Shown in pieces: positions 47,275-58,500 of a stretch of DNA of 64,000 nucleotides. The stretch's first letter is position 1, and the number at the start of each line of letters is the position of its first letter. Source of the stretch: Epithemia pelagica (taxonomy: Eukaryota; Protista; Bacillariophyta); NCBI GenBank assembly GCA_946965045.2, contig OX337233.1:1240001-1304000 (forward strand). The letters are read 5' to 3'. A program made the position numbers and the translations under genes. Under the pieces are notes generated by a model. It worked only from the letters and a program-made list of their open reading frames with translations, did no database searches and was not told the DNA's origin.

Positions 47275-49014
47275 ATGGCAGAACCGCCTCCTCAAGACAA
47301 CGCTCCAATTGACAACGCATCCTTCGAAACTCAACAAGCTGATAACCATCCGACGTCGTATGAAGGCGAAGAACGCGAATATACGGTTAAGTTTCTGTTC
47401 CGTCCGAAACAAGGTAAAGAAAACGAAGTCGTAACCCACCACTACGCTATTCTACAGACAATCACTCAAGTTTATCCCGAAGTCAAGCTCTGGAACAACA
47501 ACGGAGAAATGATGAAGAAGAAACGCCTAGACTCTATCAAGAACTACAACGAGTATAAGCGGAGTTTCAACCTCCACTACTCGAAGGGCAACAAGATTAA
47601 ACATCGCACGCCTATTTATATCGTTATTCATCGAATCACTTCCAAGATTCCCATCGGGGAAATCAGACGTCATACGGCAATCGCTTCTCTTCTCTCTAAA
47701 ATCCGAGCTCGAATGAACGTCCATCAGTGGACAGAAGACGACGTGCACATCTCCAACCTAGGCTTTTTCGTTGGGTTCAACCCAAGCAATATTCTTAGCG
47801 ATCAAATGACCGAACTCGTCAAGTCTCGTATCTGCCAAGTAACTGGCATAGAGAAAAAGAAGATCCCCAAGTTCACATGCGGCCTTGCTTCACCATTCAC
47901 AATAAACCGTCACGGAAGGCGTATCTCTACGAGAGCTTTTGATGTCCAATGCCAACAGAAGGATGCTCGTACTCTAATCCGTCTCATGCAACAGTCCTAC
48001 ACCGACGACGCGAGTTTTGTATTTCACAAGATTCGTCATACTCCCAACAGCGCTGTCTACACTTGCGCGTTGATCAGCCAAAACAACTTTCTGCAGCAAA
48101 TTTGCGTGGTTCCAATCACAGGCGTGAGCCATGAAGTTATGTGGTACCTAGAACCGCATCTTCTCGATATGGAAGGCGTTCACATGGTGGCTCTTCACAG
48201 AGACTCAGAAACACTAGGCCGCTGGAATATCCATACTACCATCGAAGATTTTCGCCTTGTCATCAACCTTATCCGAGACAGTCTTTCAAATGTGGTATAT
48301 CAAGCGACGCATGAACAAGGACTACCGGAATCACCATACGATCATGAACCAGGCTTGGCTTTCAGAAACCCAAGACTCAACGCAGGCTTTGACGAAGAGG
48401 AAGACGATTCTACCGACGACGGATCCTTTGAAACTTACCTTTCAGCGTGTACATCGGTCTACACTGTAGAAGATGATACTGAAGAAGAATCGGAAACAGT
48501 GCTACGATGTGCCCCGACGATTAACTCGCGCCCAGCTACATAAGCATGGACTACTCCCCTGCCTATTGAGACTGTAGTTGCATCCAGTACGACAACAACA
48601 CCCAGTCAAGTGAGTCAAGAAGAATATGATAGACTCCGTAACAGCCATGATCGTCTGATTGATGAGATGGCTGAACTAAAATCAAAATTCGCACAACTTA
48701 TTGAGATTCAGAAACAGAGTTCCACCGAAAGCGTCCAGCCACCACCGCCACCTGCCCCAGACATCCGAGAAGTGATCAGGACTATGATTCAAGAAATGGG
48801 AAATCTCCCGAATTCCGACTCTACAACCAATTCGTCCGTCTCTACAAATGAGCGGACAACTAGCAGGAACGAAGACGCCATTCAAGAGCAGTCTATGGAA
48901 AGTTCCGACCAACAGGCCACGTCCCCAGTTGACGTGAGCATGGTGCAAGAAGCCGCATCCCTGCCATCGGATACGTCCTTGCCCAATTTGAGCCACATCA
49001 GTCATGATGGATAG
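47275..49014 (+). pseudogene. LINE B ORF1 with one in-frame TAA (48541-48543)
   Basis: Track ORFs 47275..48543 and 48610..49014 share a frame (PAT*AWTTPL); C-terminal coiled coil; the stop overlaps the ORF2 ATG by 11 nt. Confidence 0.8.
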
Positions 49015-52000
49015 TTTCACTCCGAACGTTAACAATTTACTAAGATACAACGACAACTCCTACTTGCCTTATGACTTTGATACAAACGACACAGAACCTG
49101 ATACACACCAAACCGATAGCACAAATACGACCAACTCTGTAGTACCGGTCGCGAACGACAACGACACAACACAAAACCACAATGATACAACACCAAACAA
49201 CAACCCTGGAAACTCTAGTGACACCAGCCAAGAACAACACACCGAAAATCCGTCCCCAACTCAGTTGAACGTACACCGTAACCTGGCTAGCAACGGCTTC
49301 ATTGGATCTAGACTACCTCAAGAAAAACCGGACAACACCTTCCGACTCTTCGGTGCAAACACCAATGGCTTCAATATACAAGCAGACGGAGGCGACTTCT
49401 CCGAATTTTGTGAAGAAATGTACCAACTGGATGTTGATATGTGGGGCAATTTTGAAATCAATATCGACACCACTAACCCAAGAGCAAGAAACATTCTACA
49501 TTCCACAACAAGGCGTCAATTTGAACACTCAAGAATGTCGTTCGGCAGCTCTTCCATCTCATCCCCTCGTAATTCATTCTACAAACCAGGAGGGACGTTA
49601 ATTGCATCTCAGGGAAACGCAACGGGGCGTATTGTAAAACAAGGCTCGGATGACCTTGGTCGATGGAGCTATCAGATTTTATCTTGCAGAAACCATCGAA
49701 CAATCACCGCGATTTCAGCTTATCAGACATGCAAACAAAGCCTGGTAGACGAAACAACAAACCGCAGGAAATTGTTCACTACAACAGCCCAACAAACAAG
49801 CATGCTACAGCAAACAAACCGATACGAGTCACCACGGACTGCATTCATTACAGACCTAATACTCTTCATCAAGGAACAACAAGAAAAGAACTCGGGTATA
49901 CTGTTGTTCGGTGATTTCAACGAAGCCTTGAGTGATGTGTCCGAAAACATCTCAAAACTCTGTTCCGATTGTCACCTCTGCGATCTTATGCTGAGACTAA
50001 CAGGACGTACAAATTTTGCAACTCATGTGAATGGCTCGAAACGAATCGACTACGTGTTATGCTCTGATTGGATCTCTAACGCTGCACAACGGGGTTGCTA
50101 TGAACCGTTCGGTCACAGAACTAAAGGAGACCACCGCAGTTTTATGGTCGACTTTGATACTACCCTTCTTTTCGGGAATGAGACCCAACCACTAGGTCCA
50201 ATAGCGACACGCGAGTTCACAAGCAAAGACAAGAGTGCTAACCGGACATATATACATCAAAAGTATCACTTCTTGACCCAACACAACTTTGGAGCTCGTC
50301 TTAGCGCTCTAAAAGATTCATGGGACCCATTGATAGCAGAGCAACTGGACCGAGATTTCCAACGTAGCGGTAAGGCTGCTGCCAAACGATGCAAGAAAAA
50401 GCCTACGAATACAGCATACGTGAAAGCACTGGCCGAACTACGGGTGAAGAAGAACATTTTGCTCAAAGCAATCTCGCAATATCGATTGCGAAGATCATAC
50501 GCAGAAGGGATACAACACTGCCTCGACAAAGGGATAGAATTCTCGATTCCGGACACTCTAGAAGAATGTCAAACTCAACTTCGATCGTTTCAACGACAGA
50601 TTACAGAGATAACGAAGACGGCAATCAATAGACGAGTAAATGAACAAAAGGAGAAACTTCAATCCGCCGAACAATCTGGAGACCATTCTACAGCCAAAGC
50701 AATCCGACATCGCCTAGCCGCAGAGCAAACCAAGCAGATGTATCAAAAATTACGACAATGTCGTGGCCAAGAGAGAGCGGGCATTACAAGACTGACAGTT
50801 CCGACGGACCCAAGCACTACAGAATACGAATCGAATCAGGACTGGATTACGATTGATACGCCTGCCAAAATTGAAGAACGGCTGCTGCAGAGGAACCAAC
50901 GGCATTTTGGCCAAGCAAGTAACACCTTTCCTACAACCCCACCATTCTCAGAATGGGTCGATTGGGGAGCTTCAACGCATACCTCGGAATTGATTCTGGA
51001 AGGGACCTGGCAAAGCGAAGAATTGGATGACCTGTCGCAGAGTCTCGTCAAACATATGAAGGCAAGAACGGAACTCGACTCTATCAAATCAACAATCAGT
51101 CAGGCTGAATGGGTTGGCAAAATACGAAGCTGGCCTGAATCTACCTCTACATCACCATCTGGTTTTCATTTGAGCCACAGTAAAGCACTCATCAATGGAC
51201 ATGACCTTGATCCCATGTCACCTGAAGGACGTGAGCTGGAACATATGAGGACGACCCTTATCGAATGGCAAGTCGATCTTATCAACGTGGCAATTACGAA
51301 TCCACATTCTTATGAACGATGGCAGCATGTGGTCAACGTTATGATTCTAAAAGAACCTGACAACTACAAGATTAACAGGTTACGAGTCATTCATTTATAT
51401 GAACAAGACTACAACCTCATCCTTGCAATCAAATGGCGTGACCTTATTCGTCAGAGCACCAATAAACAACTGCTTCACCCAACCCAATTTGGAGGTGTCC
51501 TTGGTCGAGACGCTGTAATACCGACGTTGATTGAAGAACTCCAGTATGAGATTTCTTGGGCAAGCAAGAGACCCTTGGTGCATCTAGACTATGACGCCAC
51601 TGCTTGCTACGATCGGATTACTATGAACCTCGGGAGCTTGGTATCCCGCAGTTTTGGGCAACATCGTTCCATCGCATTCATCAATGCTCGGACCCTTGAA
51701 GAGGCCAAGTATTACCTCAAAACCCAGTTAGGCGTCTCGGAACGCCACTACAAGCACTGTCTCCTGTATCCAATATACGGCTCTGGACAAGGAGCAGGAA
51801 ACTCTCCTGCTCTTTGGTGTGTCATCAGTACCATGCTCTTTGAAACGTACGACGAGTCGGCATACGGCGCCTTGTTCAGCTCACCGGATTGCAAACTAAC
51901 CACCAAAGTTTTCATGGTCGGTTTCGTTGACGATACAAGGGGTAGCGTGAATGACTTTCACCTACCAACTCCAGCCCCATTGGAACACTATATTGATCGA

Positions 52001-54912
52001 GCTACATCTGACGCCCGGAGGTGGAATTCTATTCTTGGACTATCAGGAGGTGCTCTGAATAACCGCAAATGCTCCTACCATTTCCTACATTACACGTTTA
52101 CCATGGATGGCCTTGCCACTCCTACTGCTGGAAGCTTCGGCCCATCAATTACAATTCAATTTACACCATCGGAACAGCCACAAGCTCTGAGACAATTGTC
52201 CGCATTTGCTAGTCACAAGACTCTCGGAGTACAAAAAGCTCCCGCCTCCACAAACAAGAGTCTCTATGAAGCCTTGCAAAAGAAAAATAGAGCACATGCA
52301 CAGGTCATGGCCCGAAGTCCGTTTACTAAACGCGACGCTTGGGCATACTACCACTCAATCTACCTGCCCAGCATTACCTATCCATTTCCCTCCTCCACAA
52401 TCTCCAACGAGAACTGTGACAAACTAAAACGGCTGTTCAAATCTGCCTTCCTCCCCAAATATGGCTACAACCGTAACATGCCGAACGCCGTAGTGTATGG
52501 TCCTACGGAATATGGTGGCTTGGGACTGCGAACTCTATCTACCGAACGAAGCATTTCCCAGATTTATACTTTTCTTGCTTGCCTTCGGTCACCTGGCGTT
52601 GCTTCTGATTTGTCTCAGATAACTGTGTCCTGGGGCCAATGCCTTGCCGGTACTAGTTTTTCCATTCTATCGAACCCTCATCCATCCCTTCCCTATTTGG
52701 AACCAATGGTGTGGCTGCCTCAAGTACGCGAGTTTCTTGCAAAAATTGATGGTGGAATTGAGCTGTCAAACGACTTCATCCCTCAACTACAACGCACCAA
52801 TGACAAATTTCTTATGGATAAGGCGATTACAGGGATTTTTACGGATTTGGAACTACAACTTGTGAACGCTTGCCGTTTGTACCTCGGCGTAACACTCCTG
52901 AGCGACATCACAAACCCAAAAGGAGACTTGGTCGAATCCTTTGCACTACAGGGACTGGCTCCGTCAACTTCTACTGAGAAAGGGTTACGCCCGTATCAAG
53001 AGAGACCTAGCACTTGTGCTTGGACTCTATGGCAAAAACTCTTAGAGCAATTCACGACGCTTTCGTTTCGTGGCCTCACTCTGGAAACTCCCCTTGGTAA
53101 ATGGCTCGTGACGGGTCCCAATACACACCGACTATGGAAAGAATACCTTGTCCCGAGCGAAGCTATGCTGTATCGAACAAACAACAACGGTTACACATTG
53201 TGCATGTATGTACATTCATCCTTCGTACCGACGACACTGACAACACAACAGCTTCCTACAACTGCAATCCCAGTAAGACCGTTCCTAACGCCGTCGGGTA
53301 TACACTTCTGCCTTACCAATCTGCACCCGACACAACTACTGCCCCTCGATTACCCACATTCGAGTTGTTTGTGAAAGACTTACCTACATGGGAACGACAA
53401 CTCCTTCACGGATTTCGTCTCCTGTGCTACATGGACTACCTTCTCACTGTCTTGAACACTTCCGAGACACTTTCCCTTGTCGCTTGTAGTGACGGGTCAG
53501 CTCCCCAATTCACTGGCACTTTTGGTTGTATCTGCAGCACCGACGATGGATCCCGTATATTTGGCCTCAATGGCCCCGCACCTGGCTACCGTTCAAATTC
53601 TTTCCGAGCCGAAAGCTACGGCTTCCTTGCTTTGCTCCGTGTGCTTATTCGGTTGTGCGAATATCATGCCTACAATTTACCTCCATCCCTAATAATCTAC
53701 ACCGATTCCGAAAGTCTTCTGAAGACGATCTCTAAGAGACTGGAATGGACTCTGGACTTCCCTTATAGCACTATGCATCCGGATTGGGATTTACAGCAGA
53801 GTATTACCTCTTCTCTACGGCAATTTACCACCATGCCAGCCGCGGTTCATGTCAAGGGACATCAAGACCGCTACGCTCCGTTCGATACTCTTTCTCTACC
53901 AGCCCAGCTCAACGTTGAAGCGGATACGTTAGCAGCTGAATACGTCTATTCAGACGAGGTATCCCACACTCACGCCCCTCTGATCACTGGCTCTACTGCC
54001 ACTTTGCGAACTCCCAAAGGTACAATCCACTCCAACTATAGATCTGTTCTCCGGCATCTTGCCCACGATCCTACGATCCGCCATTATCTCTGTAACAAGT
54101 TCAAGTGGACTCCTACGGTTCTTGATGAGATTGATTGGACATCTCATGGGACTGCCAATCGAGCGTTTTTCTCCCGTCGTCACTTTATATCCAAATTCAT
54201 CTTCGAATGGCTTCCCCTCGGAAATCTTAAATCCCGATACGCAGAATACTATGTCGATCATTGCCCGGCTTGCTCTACTCCAATTCTTGAGGATGCAGAG
54301 CACTTTCTTCGGTGCCCTAGTCGGCGCTCCTGGACCGGACCTATGATGGACGATCTTCGCTCACACTGGGACACTCAATCTGTCGATCCGCAACTTCAGA
54401 CCCTGTTTTCTGACTCGCTTCTCCACTGGCTCTCAGATACTCCTCTTCCCAAATCTTATCCCAACTATCTCCAACCACTCATCACCTCCCAAACCATCAT
54501 TGGATGGAAACAAATGTTTTACGGCCGCCTCAGTCTCTACTGGGTCCGCCTCCAAGATTCTTATCTCCTCTCTCAGGATTTTCACTCACCCAAACTGCGA
54601 GGATCTCTCTTTGTTTCTGGTTCGATCAAGATCCTATGGGCACACTTGCACAAACTTTGGATTAAACGCAACGAAGACACCCATGGTTCCAACCCTGAAA
54701 CTCAAGAAGTCGCAGCTTATGCCCAGGCTCAACGCGAAGTAGAGGCGCTGTATGATATGCGCCACCTTGTACAACCTTCCGACCACTCTCTTTTCTATTC
54801 ATCCCTCGAACAACACTTTGCCACCGACACTACTTCCATCTCTCTCCGATCATGGATCAATACATGGCGTCCCGTCATTCATCGCTCTGCACACTACAAT
54901 ATAGCTATCTAA
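49004..54912 (+). pseudogene. LINE B ORF2: APE endonuclease + RT + RNase H + CCHC, one frameshift near 53300-53350
   Basis: FRLFGANTNG, LLFGDFNE, RIDYVL, DHR; STSPSGFHL, RLRVIHLYEQDYN, DATACYDRI, FVDD; then another frame with CSDGS, FRAESYG, HVKGHQD, CPAC...EHFLRC. Confidence 0.9.
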
Positions 54913-55180
54913 CACGCTGCCCAGCGCACTGGTAGTTAGTCCTCGCCCTCCCGGGCCCGGCGCGTCGGTCGGCTCACTCCGCGCGGGTGAGTGCGGCAGC
55001 GTTAAAATAGACTATAGTTTTTTTTCGGAATTGCGTTCGCCTGCGTTCGCTTGTTCGCCCTCCCAGTCCCTCCGCCAACCGCCAAACGCCAAACCCAAAT
55101 CGACTACTCAACTCATGGCGCCCAGTTTATCCTTCGATCCGCTCATCGCTAGCCACAGCTTTGTAATATGTAACATGTAA

Positions 55181-55227
55181 CGCTGCCCGGTGACTTCGTT
55201 GTTGGTACGGCAGCGTTAAAATAGACT
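55181..55227 (+). repeat. Second copy of the LINE B 3'-terminal motif (end of a short related element)
   Basis: CGGCAGCGTTAAAATAGACT is identical at 54994-55013 and 55208-55227; each copy is preceded by the complementary CGCTGCC. Confidence 0.8.
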
Positions 55228-55278
55228 GGTTATTTTATGGAACGCTGCTACTGCTACGCACCTAGGTCATTATTGTAT

Positions 55279-55413
55279 ACTGGTTTCGCCGACAATACGG
55301 ATTTCGAAGCGGTCAGCATTGTATATGCCGGAAACAAGGAAGACTCTATTTTCGTTATGCAATGTGGAAGCTAGATTCTTGAACCTTGAACACGTGAAAC
55401 AAGCTTTAGGGTC
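55279..55413 (+). pseudogene. 3'-end remnant of a paralog of the M8 peptidase gene
   Basis: TGFADNTDFEAVSIVYAGNKEDSIFV matches TGFPDDSDREAVSVVYAGNKEDSMFV (38387-38512); shared downstream AACACGTGAAACAAGCTTT. Confidence 0.8.
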
Positions 55414-55598
55414 TTGCTGAGTACTGGAGGAGCCTATGGGAGTCGGACATACTCCCTTTCTCATAGCCATCCTAGCTTCAAGTGATTGAAAAGCGACTAA
55501 TGTGCGCTCCCTATGCCCACCGCGTCGTCCGCCCAACCATTCATCAAAACACACAGAAGCAGGCGAGAACAGATAAAGAACCTTGTGCAAGCCATACC

Positions 55599-58500
55599 AT
55601 GAGTACACCAGGAATTGAGAAAGCTAAGGAGGACAAGTCTGCAGGTGGAAGCATCCTAAATGCCATCCCTGGAGAAGCGCTGGAATGTGGCACAAGTTTG
55701 GCAGAAGGAGAGTTTTGTGGCAGCCTTGCTCCCACCCCACGCTTGATTGACAAATCGGGTAACCACAATCACAGCAGCCACCATTTCAAGGCTCTGCAAA
55801 AGCTGCAAACCACCACCCTTTCCTCTGTCCATGAACTTCGAACGTCCTTGAGTCAAGACATGATATTTGGTAGGATCACCGATGGAGCTACAGCTTCCGG
55901 TATGGAAGTCGATACACAGGAGGAAGCAACAGTGCCCTTGCCTCTGTCGTACTCGACGTTTATATCGCCCTTTGAAGCAACTCCATACACCAAGAATGGT
56001 TCCAAAATAAACACGCATCATCAAATACCACAAAAACTACAGCTTCCTCTGGTTTATTGTGATCACACGGCATCGAACCGTCCCGTCGCTAGTCTGGAAC
56101 GCTATTTGCAACAAGAATGTTTGCCATGGTACGGCAATACTCATACGAATACCAGTTGGACAGGGTCGCAGTCCACAGCCCTCGTGGCCGAAGCACGACA
56201 ACTTGTTGCCGAAGCTTGCAATGCCAAAATTACCGGCAAGGCCAGTTTGGATGTCGTCCTTTTCACGTACGTAAATGGATTTTGTATCTGGAAATCTCTT
56301 GCAACCTTTTTGAATTGATTTCAGGATCAAATAGCGTCCTCACACTTGACTAACGCTTGCTTCGCGTTCATTTCATTCCTCTCGTTGTCCTTGTTTCGTG
56401 ACAGTGGAAATGGTGCGACATCGGCGGTCGAGTTGTTAATTGATTGTCTGGGTGTACGGCATGCAGTTGCCACCTCCTTCTCTTCTGGGACAAACAATCC
56501 TATTAGTGACAACCAGCCGGTTGTCTTTGTGGGTCCATACGAACATCATTCCAATCTTATTCCTTGGCGAGAATCCGGATGTCATGTGGTCATGGTACCA
56601 GAGAGTACAGAAACTGGACAAGTGGATTTGAAAGCACTGGAACACTTGTTACAACAGTATTCCTCGAAACACCAGCAAACCTCGCGACTTTTGATGGGTG
56701 CCTTTTCGGCTGCCTCTAATGTTACTGGAAAGGTGACGGATGTGTCGGCCGTGGCTGCCTTGTGCCATAGATATGGTGCATTGGTGTTTGCGGATTATGC
56801 CACGGCTGCTCCCTACTGCTCCGTCAATATGAACCCAACCATTCGGGATGTCCAGAACACGAGCAAGTTTCAATACACAGACAAGGACGATATTGGTCTG
56901 GATGCCTTGTTTTGGAGTCCGCACAAATGTTTGGGTGGTGGAGGGGGGACACCAGGTGTATTGATTGTTAAGAAACCGTGGGTCAGTCAAGCGAATGCTC
57001 CTCACAAGTCGGGTGGAGGGACTGTCTTTTATGTCACGGATACGCATCATCGATTCTTGAGCAATCGGGTGGAACGGTACGAAGGTGGGACACCTCCTGT
57101 GGCTGGGATTTGGCGATTGGGACTCTGTATCTTGCTCAAACGACGCGTCGAAGCCATGTATCAACAGCTTGTTGAGACTGACCAACAAGGGACGCAAAGC
57201 AATAGACAATCGAGCAACCTTGACAACCCACAATCACTGGCATTTCCACCCATGGACCGTTTTCCACCCACCATTGAAGAATTTGACCACCAAACACACT
57301 ACCGTGTAATGCAATACCTTGGCGAACATGCTCCCAATCTTGTACTTTTGGGACACAATAAGACGAATCCTTCTTCATCAGTCCATCAAGATCACAAACA
57401 ACAAAATTTACCAATCTTTTCCTTTCTAGTTCGATGGGGTCCGCGCTTTTTGCATTTCAACTATGTCTGTGCCATTTTAAATGATTTGTTTGGCATTCAG
57501 ACCCGCGGTGGATGTCAGTGCAGTGGACCCTACTCGCAACGCTTGTTGGGATTGAATCGTCCAGCAAACACTGACGATGGGGAAACTGTCAATCAACAAG
57601 TGGAAGAGGCCTTGGTTCTCTACAAAGAACGTGCCGAATTGCTGCGACCAGGCTATACCCGGCTGAGCTTGCCCTTTAAGGGGTTGACCTCCGAGGAAGT
57701 GGAATACGTCGTTAAAGCTTTGGTTTGGGTCTCCAAACATGCGTGGGCGCTCATGTGTCAATATCGTTGCAATGTATGTATCTTTGTTTATTTCAGAAGG
57801 TTGCTGTGTACTCTTTGATTCTTTCTCACTGTCTACCGTTGTTTCGATCTTTTTATCTTCCAAACGTCCCTTGGCTTTTCACGTCTTTGCGCCATTAGCA
57901 TCGAACTGGCGAGGTACGGTTCATCTGCCTTTTGCTCTTTTCTTTCCTTAACTATTCCCTAATGGCATTGTTGTGTTGCTTGTTCTGAAGTGGAGACATG
58001 CGGCGAGACAGGGAAAGCCGCTGGGTAGAGAGGAAAGACGATGGCTGAGTCACTACGATCCGTTTGATTCACGGTGGGGACACGACACACCCACGGCATC
58101 CATTGTCAAGAAATCTGCGGAGAGAGAGTCTCTAAAAGAAGTACTGGATCGCACCTTGTTGCAAGCCGACAAAATCTTGCAAGCTGCGGTGAACGACCAG
58201 CGAAGTATTGCCCAGACGATAAAAATGGTCGATGCCCATTCGGTTCTTGGCGACGACGATTGCCTGGAACGGTTGCGTTGGTACGTTTACCCGAAAGAAT
58301 GTGCTTTGCACTTTAAGCAGCATGGTCTAGGAGGTGGGACCAAGGATTCTTTCTCGGAACCGCTATTGGGTGCGGTAAACCCCTATCTCAACGCGGAATC
58401 TTGTTCCACTGAGAGAGCACCTTATTCGTCAGCAGCTACTACTGAGCAATTACAATCGGGGAGAAAGAGAAAAATGGATGTCGAGGATACCGCTAGCCGA

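Larger units (their letters stand above)
47144..55022 (+). mobile_element. Full-length Ambal-like non-LTR retrotransposon (LINE B, about 7.9 kb) with 20-bp TSD
   Basis: TTTCGGAATTGCGTTCGCCT at 47124-47143 and 55023-55042 flanks ORF1 + ORF2 + a structured 3' UTR. Confidence 0.9.

Noticed and set aside
54935-54995. HDV-like ribozyme in the LINE B 3' UTR (TCCTCGC resembles L3)
   Set aside because: P3 pairs only 2 of 3 bases and no upstream strand complementary to the would-be P1 (CCGGGCC) exists.
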